DNA of 64,000 nucleotides from an uncultured Nitrospirales bacterium (GCA_964537975.1 CAZIDP010000010.1:39433-103432), one strand, 5' to 3'; counted from the first letter of the stretch, positions 9,190 to 19,603 are shown. Numbers and translations are program-made. The notes: a model not told the origin generated them from the letters alone.

Positions 9190-11310
9190 TCACTCCAATT
9201 CTATTCGTGGCATAACCCACAACGCCCAGTCATAAGTTAAGTCTTCGAGTTTATCGACTTGCAGGGTGATTTTTACTTCATTACCGGCATAAGAGGTAAA
9301 ATCAATTTCACGTTGAATAAAATCCAGGCTGGACTGCGCTGCTTCCCACAGTGTTTCATCATTTACCAGCACAGAGAATCCAACTCCGTCTTGTGTCTCT
9401 GCCATGAAACCAGTTTCAAAGCGCATGTAAAGTTTTTGATCTGGTGATATCTCCGGCAAATTCACCGTATAATGGGCCTCCCCTACCCCTTCTGCCGGTG
9501 GATGGTGAAAAATGGCAGGCGCGAGCCAGCCAGCAGCAACGACAACATATTCAGGTCGGAAAGAGCCAAGTACTTCCTGATTCACCAACCGAGCGTCTAG
9601 CATGTTTTTATAAAAATCAAACACCATATCTTCGTTGTTATCCACAGGCGACGGTGTCAAATCGATGTCGTAGTTGGGTAATGCCTCATCCCAACTATCT
9701 ATACCGATAACAGACAATGCAAACGCAAAGGCTTCATCCTGTTGCTCCGTGTCCGCATACTTGTATACTTCCCAGATATGCTTCTTCTCATGGGCACGCG
9801 CGCCATGAGGGTCTTCCGGGTCCCACGTCCACAGCCCCAGATCGAGACCACCTTCATCCCGCATGGAAGTATGACGGTGCATGATGTGAGCCGCAATCTC
9901 TGGCATATGTTTGATTTTGTGATGCGCGTAGGCAAATGCTGCTGCTTGAATCTTTTGCCCATCTTCCGTATTGGGAGTATGAAACCCCTGCTCACCCAAA
10001 ATGATTGTACGCTGCGCTCCCTCATACAGAAATTCGGGTTGATTCATCCATTTTACCAACACTTCCAGATTCTTGTAGGTAATGCGTGGAGTATCAAATC
10101 GATGAGTAGCTGTGCGGTCCAACCAGAAACGTGGTTCAAAGAGATTCTCGGGGTAGGGATGGTGATTCAGATGCCAGGGGAAATTCCCTTCACGGTGTCC
10201 CCATTCATTAATTAACGTCAGCAATTCATCACCACGGGTTTCATGCAGTGGGTTGTTCGTGTGACCCCGCTTAGTCCAATGGTGTTCCATAGATACATAT
10301 ATTTTCAGGTCACCATGAAACTTTCTTGCTGCCAGGTCCGCGATTCGAAGAGCCCACACATATTCTTTGGCTACTTGCTCTGGAGATGCTTCTCCCATGT
10401 TGTGCCACACCCAGTGGCTTTGGATTTCATTGCCTATAACAATTCCAGAAATCAACCCATACTTGCGATCAGGGCGGGTATATCTGTCAGCCATAAACTC
10501 GATAGCAGCGATGTAACAGCGCAGTCCTTCCTCATCCAACAGGTTGAAAGCACCATGCCGCATAGGTGTGTTCTCCAAATCTGTATTCGGATGAATCAAC
10601 GGATTCCCCGGCTGTGCTTCCCGGGGGACATGTTGTATCAGTATGGGTGTGAAGTTGATACCGCCTTCATACATATGCCTGTACCGTATATCCATCCAGC
10701 CACGAACATAGTCCATGTTGATGGGTATCGCATGACCGTCTACCTCCCAGGTGAACTCCGGGTCGGGGTTGTCCCAATCAATCAGCGCATTAATCAACAC
10801 CCCTTCATCGGAATATTTCGTTCCGATGGCAATAGCATCATCAATATCAGTAATACAGGTGAGTCCTTTTTTGCTTTCAGGCCAAGGAATTTCAAAGTCG
10901 CGCTCAATAATTGCATCGATATCGGTCACATATCGGATATGCCCCATTGCATCACCGGTAGCCATGTCTATCATTTGAAATTTAGAATACAGTCGGTCGC
11001 GTTTACCATCAAATCGTGGTATATCAATTAAAAGTTCAGTGACATGCTCTGCAGCATCACCTTCCCATATGATTGGAAATACACTATCCGGACTGAATGT
11101 TTCATAAGGACGCAATTCTACTAACTGTACTTTTTTGTTGGAACCGATCATGCATTGAAATTGAAGTACATCTGTCATCGCACTGATTTTTATGATGTAA
11201 TCTCCTTCCGGTTCATCCAATATGCCATATACCTTTTCTGGTTGGAAAATTCCTGTAACCACCGAGAACAAGACACAATATATAACCATTAATATGTACT
11301 TTCGCTGCAT
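9190..11310 (-). CDS. Secreted DUF5722-like putative glycoside hydrolase with C-terminal CBM-like domain
   Basis: Signal peptide; IGNE and ILGEQGF (clan GH-A-like Glu pair), HPYPENL. Confidence 0.65.
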   Translation of the reverse strand: MQRKYILMVIYCVLFSVVTGIFQPEKVYGILDEPEGDYIIKISAMTDVLQFQCMIGSNKKVQLVELRPYETFSPDSVFPIIWEGDAAEHVTELLIDIPRFDGKRDRLYSKFQMIDMATGDAMGHIRYVTDIDAIIERDFEIPWPESKKGLTCITDIDDAIAIGTKYSDEGVLINALIDWDNPDPEFTWEVDGHAIPINMDYVRGWMDIRYRHMYEGGINFTPILIQHVPREAQPGNPLIHPNTDLENTPMRHGAFNLLDEEGLRCYIAAIEFMADRYTRPDRKYGLISGIVIGNEIQSHWVWHNMGEASPEQVAKEYVWALRIADLAARKFHGDLKIYVSMEHHWTKRGHTNNPLHETRGDELLTLINEWGHREGNFPWHLNHHPYPENLFEPRFWLDRTATHRFDTPRITYKNLEVLVKWMNQPEFLYEGAQRTIILGEQGFHTPNTEDGQKIQAAAFAYAHHKIKHMPEIAAHIMHRHTSMRDEGGLDLGLWTWDPEDPHGARAHEKKHIWEVYKYADTEQQDEAFAFALSVIGIDSWDEALPNYDIDLTPSPVDNNEDMVFDFYKNMLDARLVNQEVLGSFRPEYVVVAAGWLAPAIFHHPPAEGVGEAHYTVNLPEISPDQKLYMRFETGFMAETQDGVGFSVLVNDETLWEAAQSSLDFIQREIDFTSYAGNEVKITLQVDKLEDLTYDWALWVMPRIELE

Positions 11311-11703
11311 GTTATTTCCCCCCGCGTCAGTATAGTTTTGATTTTTACAACCAAGATTTACAGCACTGCACCGATGAGCAGCATGTTATTCAACATAGTT
11401 ATTATTATGACAGGTAAAGGAGTATTGGGTTCAATCGATAATTGAAGCATATTCTGCATAAAATGGTCATGATTAATACAATATCTTTGAACATTTCACG
11501 CAAAGCTACTCTACAACTTTGAAACTTAAATGTTTTGTTTGAAAGGATTGCCACGGGCAGTATACACTTCGCAATGCAATAAATGCAGAGTTCCTGGAAT
11601 CAGAAAACCAAGGTGTTTTTCTCAGGGTAATCACAAATTATCCAGGTTTGAATAAAATACGGTGTAACAAAATTCAGATAGCAGCTTCAAGAAAGGGTCT
11701 TTC

Positions 11704-14700
11704 ATGAACGCCGACATTGTCAAATTGTTTCAATCACCTACAAATGCTTATCGGGCTAAACCGTTCTGGTCCTGGAATGGCCAATTGGAAAAAGATGAGC
11801 TGCTGCGGCAGGTACATGTCATCAAGGAAATGGGCTTTGGCGGTTATTTCATGCATTCTCGCACAGGCCTCGCGACAGAGTATCTGGGTAAGGAATGGTT
11901 TGATCTCATTAATGCCTGCGCGGATGAAGGTGAAAAACTGGGGTTAGAATCCTGGCTATATGATGAGGATCGTTGGCCGAGCGGCACAGCAGGGGGCATG
12001 GTAACCAAAGACCACCAATTTCGTCTCAACTTTATCCGCTGTAGTGTAAAACCCGGTACTGATTTTCAATGGAATGAAGCCATTTTTAAAGCGTATACCT
12101 GCGATATTGAGGGCATGAACTACACCAACCTGGAGGAAATTACTCGCGACATTCCAGTAGCCGATTTCGATTTTAAAGCGGTAATAAGTTTTTCTATCGA
12201 GCAAATGAAGGAATCCAGTTTTTATAATGGTGAAACCTATGCCGATCTGATGAATGCTGACACTACGGCACGATTCATTGAGATTACCCATGAAGTCTAT
12301 AAAAGTGAATGCGAAGGGCGAATTGGCAAGAGCATTCTGGGCATTTTCACGGATGAACCACATCGTGGAGCCTTAATGGACGGTTTTTCCATGACGACTG
12401 ATGAAGCACACTGGATAGCACCCTGGACAACCAAACTACCGGAGTACTTTCAAGACCGTTTTGGTTACGACATTCTTGAAAAGTTGCCGGAAGTCTTTCT
12501 CTTTCCTGAAGGCCAGCGCATTTCACAGGTAAAATGGCATTATGTCGAATTGTTACAACAGTTATTTCTCGAAAACTGGGCCGAGCCATGCGACAAATGG
12601 TGTCGTGAAAACAATCTTATCCTGACCGGTCATATTTTACATGAAGACAGCCTTACAGCCCAGACTGCAATGTGCGGTTCTGTCATGCGTTATTATGAGC
12701 ACATGGAATACCCCGGCATTGATCTTTTGACAGAAGGAAACCGGTGTTTCTGGGTGGCCAAGCAACTCCAATCGGCGGCAAGACAGGTCGGGCGGGAGTG
12801 GCTGCTTTCTGAACTCGATGGATGTACGGGGTGGCAAATGCCCTTTGAAGGCCATAAGGCCATCGGAGACTGGCAGGCATTGTTCGGTATCAATCTCCGA
12901 TGCCCACATCTGTCCTGGTATACCATGCAGGGTGAAGCCAAGCGCGATTTCCCGGCCAGCATCTTTCACCAGTCTGCCTGGTGGCGAGAATATGAACACT
13001 TGGAAACCTATTATGCCCGAATCGCCGTACTGATGAATCAGGGCACACCCCAATGCGATGTGCTGGTACTGAATCCCATTGAAAGCTTGTGGTGCCAGAT
13101 TTACCCGGGCTGGTCTCGCTGGCTCAGTGCGCAACATGATGACATTCGCAAGATAGAAAAAAATTATGTGGACATGTTTCATTGCCTGATGGGAGCGCAA
13201 ATTGACTTTGATTATGGTGATGAAGACATGCTGATGCGAATGGGCGGCCTGGACACGGAAACTGATACACCCCGATTACGATTGGGCAAGCAAAGCTACC
13301 GAGCTGTCGTGGTAAGTGGTATGGTAACCATCCGGTCAACCACACTGGAACTTCTTGAGGCGTTTGAAAAGGCGGGTGGAACAGTAATTTTCGCTGGCGA
13401 AGCCCCTGCATATGTCGACGCGTTAAAATCCAATCGGGCACTTGCATTACAAACGAGTGTTGAAAGTGTCGATGCACCTTCCGATGCCTTGGTATCGTTG
13501 TTGAAAACAAATACGCCACAATATATTGCCGCGTTGAAAAAAGATGGAACACACCAAAAAGATATTTTCACGCAATCCCGGAAAGAAGGCGAAAACACCA
13601 TCGTCATGGCAATCAACACCAGCCGGGAAAACTGGCACCATGACACCATACTGCGTGTATTCACCGACGGACATGTGCAGGAATGGGATTGTGTCTCTGG
13701 TGAACGTTTTGCTGTGAAAGCAATGCGGCATGAAGGGTATCTGGATATTCTGACCGACTTCCCACCTGTAGGTGAGAAGCTGTATGTCATCACCACTGAT
13801 CTCGACACCGCTCTGCCTGTACGCACTCCGCATACAACGCCAGACTTGTTCCACATAGATGGTCCCTTTGATTACACCCTGGGTGAGCCAAATGTCTGTG
13901 TGCTGGACCGTGCCATGTATCGCATTGACGAGGGTGATTGGCAGGAAGAGCAGGAAATATTAAAAGTGGACCGGACAATACGTACCGCATTGGGCATGGA
14001 CTTGCGTGGTGGTGAAATGGTACAACCCTGGTTTCGCAAGAAATTTCATCCCCCGTTGCAACCAAAGGCAAAACTGGCCCTCCGTTTTCAGTTCCATGTG
14101 GAATACCTGGAGGGCAATACCCATGAGCTGGTGCTGGAGAATCCCGAAAAATTTTCTATCCGTGTGAATGGCCAGAAATTCACACACAACGATGTTACCG
14201 GTTGGTGGATAGATGTAGCCTTCAAGCGACTCACCCTGCCAGATGGCCTGTTGCGTGTTGGTGAGAATCTGATTGAACTGGAAGCAGACTTCCACGAGCA
14301 TGTGGACCTAGAATCGCTGTATCTCCTCGGCAATTTTGGTGTGCGCATTGACGATACAAAACGCACCTTGGTGCCTCTGCCAGAAAAAATAGCGGTAGGT
14401 AGCCTGGTTGAACAGAATCTACCCTTCTACTCCGGGCCAATAACATTAAAATTGAAACCTGAATCAAGCCTTGGCGAAAATGATCAGGCTATCTTGTCTA
14501 TTCCAAAATTTCAGGCAGCCTGTCTGAAAGTAAAGGCTGAAGGTAAAGAACCCCAAATTATCGCATGGCAACCCTATGAAGCAGACATCACAGAGGCAGT
14601 CACTTCAGGTAAGTCTGTTGATTTGGAAATAGTCCTCACTCGGCGCAACCTTTTTGGGCCATTGCATCAAGTGCCGTTGGACACCCCAGGATACGGCCCA

Positions 14701-14805
14701 AACAACTTTATCACCGAAGGTGATAATTTCAGTGACAACTATATGCTATATCCAGCAGGTCTACTGGAACGCCCTGAGATAAAGTTACGCAAATTTGCAC
14801 CTTGA
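11704..14805 (+). CDS. Large glycoside hydrolase, GH106 (alpha-L-rhamnosidase)-like
   Basis: PFWSWNG, GFGGYFMHSRTGL, WLYDEDRWPSG, IFTDEP motifs. Confidence 0.7.
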   Translation: MNADIVKLFQSPTNAYRAKPFWSWNGQLEKDELLRQVHVIKEMGFGGYFMHSRTGLATEYLGKEWFDLINACADEGEKLGLESWLYDEDRWPSGTAGGMVTKDHQFRLNFIRCSVKPGTDFQWNEAIFKAYTCDIEGMNYTNLEEITRDIPVADFDFKAVISFSIEQMKESSFYNGETYADLMNADTTARFIEITHEVYKSECEGRIGKSILGIFTDEPHRGALMDGFSMTTDEAHWIAPWTTKLPEYFQDRFGYDILEKLPEVFLFPEGQRISQVKWHYVELLQQLFLENWAEPCDKWCRENNLILTGHILHEDSLTAQTAMCGSVMRYYEHMEYPGIDLLTEGNRCFWVAKQLQSAARQVGREWLLSELDGCTGWQMPFEGHKAIGDWQALFGINLRCPHLSWYTMQGEAKRDFPASIFHQSAWWREYEHLETYYARIAVLMNQGTPQCDVLVLNPIESLWCQIYPGWSRWLSAQHDDIRKIEKNYVDMFHCLMGAQIDFDYGDEDMLMRMGGLDTETDTPRLRLGKQSYRAVVVSGMVTIRSTTLELLEAFEKAGGTVIFAGEAPAYVDALKSNRALALQTSVESVDAPSDALVSLLKTNTPQYIAALKKDGTHQKDIFTQSRKEGENTIVMAINTSRENWHHDTILRVFTDGHVQEWDCVSGERFAVKAMRHEGYLDILTDFPPVGEKLYVITTDLDTALPVRTPHTTPDLFHIDGPFDYTLGEPNVCVLDRAMYRIDEGDWQEEQEILKVDRTIRTALGMDLRGGEMVQPWFRKKFHPPLQPKAKLALRFQFHVEYLEGNTHELVLENPEKFSIRVNGQKFTHNDVTGWWIDVAFKRLTLPDGLLRVGENLIELEADFHEHVDLESLYLLGNFGVRIDDTKRTLVPLPEKIAVGSLVEQNLPFYSGPITLKLKPESSLGENDQAILSIPKFQAACLKVKAEGKEPQIIAWQPYEADITEAVTSGKSVDLEIVLTRRNLFGPLHQVPLDTPGYGPNNFITEGDNFSDNYMLYPAGLLERPEIKLRKFAP

Positions 14806-14820
14806 TCCCTATTTTATAAG

Positions 14821-14871
14821 GCACATGATGGATACAGACCTACCCAATAGTAACTGCTGTTCATCATGTGC
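14821..14871 (+). terminator. Inverted repeat after GH106-like gene
   Basis: GCACATGATG...CATCATGTGC followed by T-rich tract. Confidence 0.5.
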
Positions 14872-14932
14872 TCTATTATTTATTCCAAGGCCGAATATAT
14901 TTGATAAAATATTTTTACTACCCATTGCATTA

Positions 14933-15021
14933 TGCTATAATCCAAGAAATCCCTAAACACCAAATTTTATAATGCGACAGGGGGCATCGTCAGTTCTATA
15001 CCCGGGGGTAGATGCTATAAT
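14933..15021 (+). promoter_or_regulatory. Two perfect extended -10 elements upstream of fba
   Basis: TGCTATAAT at 14933-14941 and 15013-15021. Confidence 0.5.
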
Positions 15022-15059
15022 CTGTCGTGATGACTCACCAAGCTAAGGAGAACTTAACT

Positions 15060-16115
15060 ATGCCGCTTGTACCAATGCGTCAAATACTCGATGAAGCTGC
15101 CAAAGGCGGTTATGGCGTCGGCGCTTTTAACATCAATAACATGGAGCAAATCCAGGCGATTATGATGGCCGCGCAAGAAACCAAAAGTCCGGTTATCATG
15201 CAGGTCAGCCGTGGTGCATTGAAGTACTCAAATGACTTGTACTTGCGCCGGTTGGTAGATGCTGCCGTCGAATTGAATCCAGATATTCCCATTGCACTGC
15301 ACTTGGATCATGGCAACAGCTTCGATACTTGTAAGCGTGCTATTGAATTGGGCTTCACCTCAGTCATGATGGATGGCTCACTGGATGAAGATGGTAAGAC
15401 ACCCAACACCTATGAAAAGAATGTGGATGTCACCCGTCGCGTTGTCGAACTTGCCCGCCCACTGGGCGTAACAGTGGAAGGCGAATTGGGCTGCCTGGGT
15501 GGTATTGAAGACGGTCATGGTGCCGGTATTGCCGCGGATGACACGGAACACCTTACAGACCCGGCTGAAGCCGAAGATTTTGTTGCCAAGACCGGCGTCG
15601 ACGCGCTGGCCGTTGCCATCGGTACCAGTCATGGTGCCTACAAATCATTGCGGAAAGACCCCAAAACTGGTGAAATGCTTCCTCCAGCATTGGCCATGGA
15701 CCGGATTCATGAAATTCACAAACGTATGCCCCATTGCCACATGGTGATGCACGGTTCCAGCTCAGTACCAAAAGAACTGGTCGACATCATCAACCAGTAT
15801 GGTGGCAACATGCCCGGCACCTATGGTATCCCGGTCGATCAGATTCAAGATGGAATCAAGCATGGTGTGCGTAAAGTCAACGTTGACACCGATATGCGCT
15901 TGGCCATGACCGCGGCAATCCGCAAAGTCTATGCGGAACAACCAGAAAAGTTTGACCCACGTGATTACCTTTCAAAAGCACGTGAAGCTGCTGCGGAAAT
16001 GTACAAAGACCGTATGCTGGCATTTGGCCAGGCAGGGCACGCTGGCGATTTCAAGCCAATGACCCTGGAAGAGATGATTGAAATCTACAAAAGCGGCGAA
16101 CAAATCAAAGCATAG
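15060..16115 (+). CDS. fba: Fructose-bisphosphate aldolase class II
   Basis: [40 protein letters not shown]; AAGGAG RBS before ATG 15060. Confidence 0.97.
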   Translation: MPLVPMRQILDEAAKGGYGVGAFNINNMEQIQAIMMAAQETKSPVIMQVSRGALKYSNDLYLRRLVDAAVELNPDIPIALHLDHGNSFDTCKRAIELGFTSVMMDGSLDEDGKTPNTYEKNVDVTRRVVELARPLGVTVEGELGCLGGIEDGHGAGIAADDTEHLTDPAEAEDFVAKTGVDALAVAIGTSHGAYKSLRKDPKTGEMLPPALAMDRIHEIHKRMPHCHMVMHGSSSVPKELVDIINQYGGNMPGTYGIPVDQIQDGIKHGVRKVNVDTDMRLAMTAAIRKVYAEQPEKFDPRDYLSKAREAAAEMYKDRMLAFGQAGHAGDFKPMTLEEMIEIYKSGEQIKA

Positions 16116-16152
16116 GCATCGATCTCGTTCTATTTATACTCAATCTTGAATT

Positions 16153-16181
16153 TCACCTCGGGCAGCTCATGTCCGGGGTGA
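16153..16181 (+). terminator. Probable terminator after fba
   Basis: TCACCTCGGGCA-GCTCA-TGTCCGGGGTGA hairpin. Confidence 0.5.
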
Positions 16182-16297
16182 TGTTTCAGTAGAGTATATA
16201 GGCGCGGCATAGAACAATAAACGACTAACCCTTTCTCATTTTTTAGAATAAATACTGAAATCAAAATAGTCGACCAAAGTGACGATGTTATAAATAG

Positions 16298-16326
16298 TTG
16301 CAGTGTCTGACGAAAAATGGTTTAAT
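16298..16326 (+). promoter_or_regulatory. Putative sigma70 promoter for the peptide gene
   Basis: TTGCAG-N17-TTTAAT with TGn extension, about 40 nt upstream of ATG 16364. Confidence 0.4.
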
Positions 16327-16363
16327 AGTGCTTTCTTGGAGAACGACCAACGGAGCGAAGCAG

Positions 16364-16483
16364 ATGAAACATATTAGAACGATTTCGACGGCCAGGGCGG
16401 ATGCTTTCACCGATTTCTGGAATGCGATCTGGCGCGCTTGGCGCGATTTTCGATTTCAGAAAAAAAATGAAATGGGCATTTAA
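16364..16483 (+). CDS. Putative RiPP precursor peptide, 39 aa (MKHIRTISTARADAFTDFWNAIWRAWRDFRFQKKNEMGI)
   Basis: GGAG RBS 8 nt upstream; SCIFF-like MKHI(R/K)T leader; first gene of a GNAT/CPBP/ABC/RRE cluster; followed by a hairpin. Confidence 0.8.
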   Translation: MKHIRTISTARADAFTDFWNAIWRAWRDFRFQKKNEMGI

Positions 16484-16499
16484 GTCCCAGAATTTTTAT

Positions 16500-16545
16500 A
16501 GACCGGAACATGTGTGTTGAGCCTTAATCGGCAATGTTCCGGTCT
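16500..16545 (+). terminator. Stem-loop directly after the precursor gene
   Basis: Perfect 12-bp inverted repeat AGACCGGAACAT / ATGTTCCGGTCT followed by TACTTT. Confidence 0.7.
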
Positions 16546-16668
16546 TACTTTGTACATCATATTGTTTATTTTATATTTTTTTCAATATGATATTATGCTT
16601 CATGCATTTCATGGTTTCACATCATTTCGTTGATGTGTGTCGAAATTCAGAACGATTGTTGTATCTGT

Positions 16669-17190
16669 ATGATTACTCTCAATAATGGCTATATCCGCAT
16701 GGCAGAACCCGATGATGCCCGAGCACTTTGCTGGTTGTACCTTGACGGGAAACCAAGGGCTGGACTTCTCGATAACCGCAGAGAACCATTGATACCCACG
16801 GTTGATGAGCTTCGTGAATTATTGGGACGCCATGAAGCTGCTATGGGGAATCTCTTTGCCATTGAAGACGACATCGGTGAAGTCATGGGGTTTTGCAATT
16901 TGCGTGGCATGACGCAAGATACCGGTTTCGGTGACCTGGCAATGATGTTTCTTTCAGACGATACCTTTCAGTCAACCCTGGCAGACAGTGTTATGCACTT
17001 TGTCTTCGAACGCTCTTTCGAAAAGTCACAACGTAAACGAATTTATGCTTCATTGCTTAGTTGTGAAACCTGTTTTCGCGATTTCCTCATACGCCATGGA
17101 TTTGAAAGCAACGGGGTGCAGCGAGAAGTCATTTATACCGGGGGTAACTGGTTAAATCTCGAATCTCTGTCACTAGATACGTCAATCTGA
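16669..17190 (+). CDS. GNAT-family (RimJ/RimL-like) protein, atypical
   Basis: IRMAEPDDA start, FAIED..GEVMGF, HGFESNGVQREVIYTGGNW C-terminal signature; start could be further upstream (16630). Confidence 0.75.
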   Translation: MITLNNGYIRMAEPDDARALCWLYLDGKPRAGLLDNRREPLIPTVDELRELLGRHEAAMGNLFAIEDDIGEVMGFCNLRGMTQDTGFGDLAMMFLSDDTFQSTLADSVMHFVFERSFEKSQRKRIYASLLSCETCFRDFLIRHGFESNGVQREVIYTGGNWLNLESLSLDTSI

Positions 17191-17220
17191 AAGCAATACC
17201 AATAGGGAAAATATTTACCG

Positions 17221-17865
17221 ATGTCGTTTAGCACAGACTCATACTTGCGGCGCGCAGAGCGGGAAGATCTCGACACGGTTGTAGCCTGGATGGAAGATGA
17301 AGACTTTCAGCACTTTCTCTATGGTGATCCCACCCGCTCTCCAAAGCAGATTCGCGAACATATCGTATCCATGTTGGGCCGTTCTGTTGGGCATACGATG
17401 CCTGGAGGGCTGTATCTCATTATCGATTCACCCTCCCAAGGGCCATTGGGCATGATTTCACTCCAAAACGTCAGTTGGCGAAATCGTTCATGTAACCTGG
17501 ACTTTTACTTGGGCAGTAAGGGCATGAGAAACCACATGATGACAGCAATTGCAGTATATCGAGCCTTGGAATACTGCTTTGATGAGTTAAATTTGCATCG
17601 GGTTGCCGCATACATATATGCATTCAATACTCCATCTTGGCGAATATTCCAAAAGGCTGGCGCTATTCGTGAGTTGGTCATGCGGAATCACATTGTCCGT
17701 AATGGCAATTTGTATGATGTTTACGGTTATGGATTGTTACGCCGTGAATTTGAAGCTGTTCGCGCGCAAAACAAGAGCATGCATAGTGTATCGTTACAAC
17801 AGATGATTTTAAAATTGGCAGAAGTAGAAGACGATACGCCAATGGATGAGGCAGCTACCCCGTGA
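17221..17865 (+). CDS. GNAT-family (RimJ/RimL-like) N-acyltransferase
   Basis: LRRAEREDL, LEYCFDELNLHRV, FNTPSWRIFQKAG, RNGNLYDVYGYGLLRREF. Confidence 0.85.
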   Translation: MSFSTDSYLRRAEREDLDTVVAWMEDEDFQHFLYGDPTRSPKQIREHIVSMLGRSVGHTMPGGLYLIIDSPSQGPLGMISLQNVSWRNRSCNLDFYLGSKGMRNHMMTAIAVYRALEYCFDELNLHRVAAYIYAFNTPSWRIFQKAGAIRELVMRNHIVRNGNLYDVYGYGLLRREFEAVRAQNKSMHSVSLQQMILKLAEVEDDTPMDEAATP

Positions 17866-18581
17866 ATGTGGTAATTGCTCTGTTTGGCGTTTTCTTTTTG
17901 GGCTATTTCCTGCATGCACTTTACGCAAACCTTGCATCCGCTGAACAAGACGCAACAGTAAAACCTGGCCCCAATGTTTTTCTTTTACAAACGCCTTTGT
18001 TTATTTTATCTATTTTTATTGCTGCCAGAGAAGGTTACATGGACAGGGGACTTATCTCACCACCATTCATTGCTCTGGGGGTTCTGGCTGGACATCTGAC
18101 TTTTGCTGTATCGGTCTGGATTACACACAGGAACGGACAAGACGCCTGGAAACATTTTACCCACATACGCCCTGTTTTATATTTTTTCCAAGAAAGCCCG
18201 ACCCTGATTATCCGTTTTCTTGTTATCAGTGTTATAGAAGAAATCATCTACCGCGCTGCCCTTCAACCGCTTCTAATTAACTGGTCGAGCAATCCAATAT
18301 TTGCAATTGCGGTGGTTGCCATCCTGTTTTCTGTGGTACACTGGCACTTCTTTCGAAACCGGCTACCCGATTCATTGGAATTTCTTGGATTCTCAATATT
18401 ACTTGGCGTACTGTTTTACTATACAGGCAATTTGGCACTTGTTATCTTGATTCACACACTGCGAAATCTCGAAATTGTCTATCTGGAATATCTAGTGAAG
18501 CTGGATGAATTAAAAGATGAAACTTCAGCACTGCAATATATTGAGCAGCAATATGTACGACAGACATCGGAGAAATTTTAA
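17862..18581 (+). CDS. CPBP/Abi (type II CAAX) intramembrane metalloprotease
   Basis: EEIIYR, FSVVH, HTLRN motifs; multiple TM helices; GTGA overlap with the upstream GNAT. Confidence 0.88.
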   Translation: MNVVIALFGVFFLGYFLHALYANLASAEQDATVKPGPNVFLLQTPLFILSIFIAAREGYMDRGLISPPFIALGVLAGHLTFAVSVWITHRNGQDAWKHFTHIRPVLYFFQESPTLIIRFLVISVIEEIIYRAALQPLLINWSSNPIFAIAVVAILFSVVHWHFFRNRLPDSLEFLGFSILLGVLFYYTGNLALVILIHTLRNLEIVYLEYLVKLDELKDETSALQYIEQQYVRQTSEKF

Positions 18582-18583
18582 CG

Positions 18584-19603
18584 GTGAACACAGAATCGCT
18601 GGTTACACTGGATGGTATTCACAAAACCTTTTTTACACGCCATTTCTTTTATAAAGATGGTGATGTTGCTCGACGCAAGATATATGTAAAAAAAGAAGTA
18701 CCGGCGGCACAAGATATCAATCTGAATATTGCCCCGGGACATATATTCGGGTTACTCGGACCCAATGGGGCTGGGAAGACAACAACGGTTAAAATGATAT
18801 CCGGGCTGGTTAAACCTGACCAGGGAACAGTCTGGGTAGATGGCATCAATGTAGAACGGGCCCGCAAAAAGGCATTACGAAAGATTGGTGTGGTACTGGA
18901 GGGGACACGCACCACTATATGGCCATTGACCCCAATGGAGAATCTGCGTTATTACGGCAACTTGAAGAATGTACGGGGCCGTGTGCTTAAAGAACGGGCA
19001 ACCCAATTGTTAGATTTTATCGGTCTTTCAGAAAAGAGAGATATTCAGGTGCGCCTGTTGTCTCGGGGACAAAAACAAAAATTGGCTATCTGTATAGCCT
19101 TGATAGCCGACCCAAAAATTATCTTGCTGGACGAACCGACGACCGGTCTCGATGTGCAAAGCAGTCGCGCTATAAAAGACAAAATAATCGAAGTTACCCG
19201 AGAACAAGGTAAAGCAGTGCTTGTCACCACACATGACATGCATGTGGCTCAGGAACTGTGCGACACCATTGGCATTATTGACAAAGGGGTCATGATTACC
19301 TGTAAGCCTACCGGTGAATTAATTGAACTGTTCAGTGAGACCGTTTTTGTTTTCCGTCTGGATGAATCACCAAATCTGGATACCATAAAAGATATCCCGG
19401 GCATTCTGCACGCAAAAAATGAAGTCAAAAAGGGTGAAAAGATATTGGTTCTTCATATGACCCCGAACAACACATTTCGTTCTGAAGCCCTGTATGCCGT
19501 TATCGAACAACTCAGAAACGCCGGTATACAATTGCATGGTATCGATCAACGCCAGCAAAACCTGGAAAGCGTTTTTCTTCAACTTACAACCAGTTCTATA
19601 TAA
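18584..19603 (+). CDS. ABC transporter ATP-binding protein (ABC-2/DrrA-like exporter)
   Basis: GPNGAGKTT, LSRGQKQK, LLDEPTTGLD, TTHDM. Confidence 0.95.
   Translation: MNTESLVTLDGIHKTFFTRHFFYKDGDVARRKIYVKKEVPAAQDINLNIAPGHIFGLLGPNGAGKTTTVKMISGLVKPDQGTVWVDGINVERARKKALRKIGVVLEGTRTTIWPLTPMENLRYYGNLKNVRGRVLKERATQLLDFIGLSEKRDIQVRLLSRGQKQKLAICIALIADPKIILLDEPTTGLDVQSSRAIKDKIIEVTREQGKAVLVTTHDMHVAQELCDTIGIIDKGVMITCKPTGELIELFSETVFVFRLDESPNLDTIKDIPGILHAKNEVKKGEKILVLHMTPNNTFRSEALYAVIEQLRNAGIQLHGIDQRQQNLESVFLQLTTSSI

Noticed and set aside
10243-11031. Long antisense or alternate-frame ORFs (e.g. 10243-11031, 29813-30508, 60470-61195, 61890-62657)
   Set aside because: They lie entirely or almost entirely opposite well-supported genes and have no motifs; shadow ORFs
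16298-16363. 61-aa version of the peptide ORF starting at TTG 16298
   Set aside because: No RBS there; ATG 16364 has a GGAG RBS and gives the SCIFF-like N-terminus, and the upstream part overlaps the candidate promoter
16364-16483. Peptide as a triceptide/darobactin-like substrate for Trp crosslinking
   Set aside because: The only rSAM-like protein in the cluster lacks the SAM-binding cluster ligands; it would need an enzyme in trans, for which there is no evidence here
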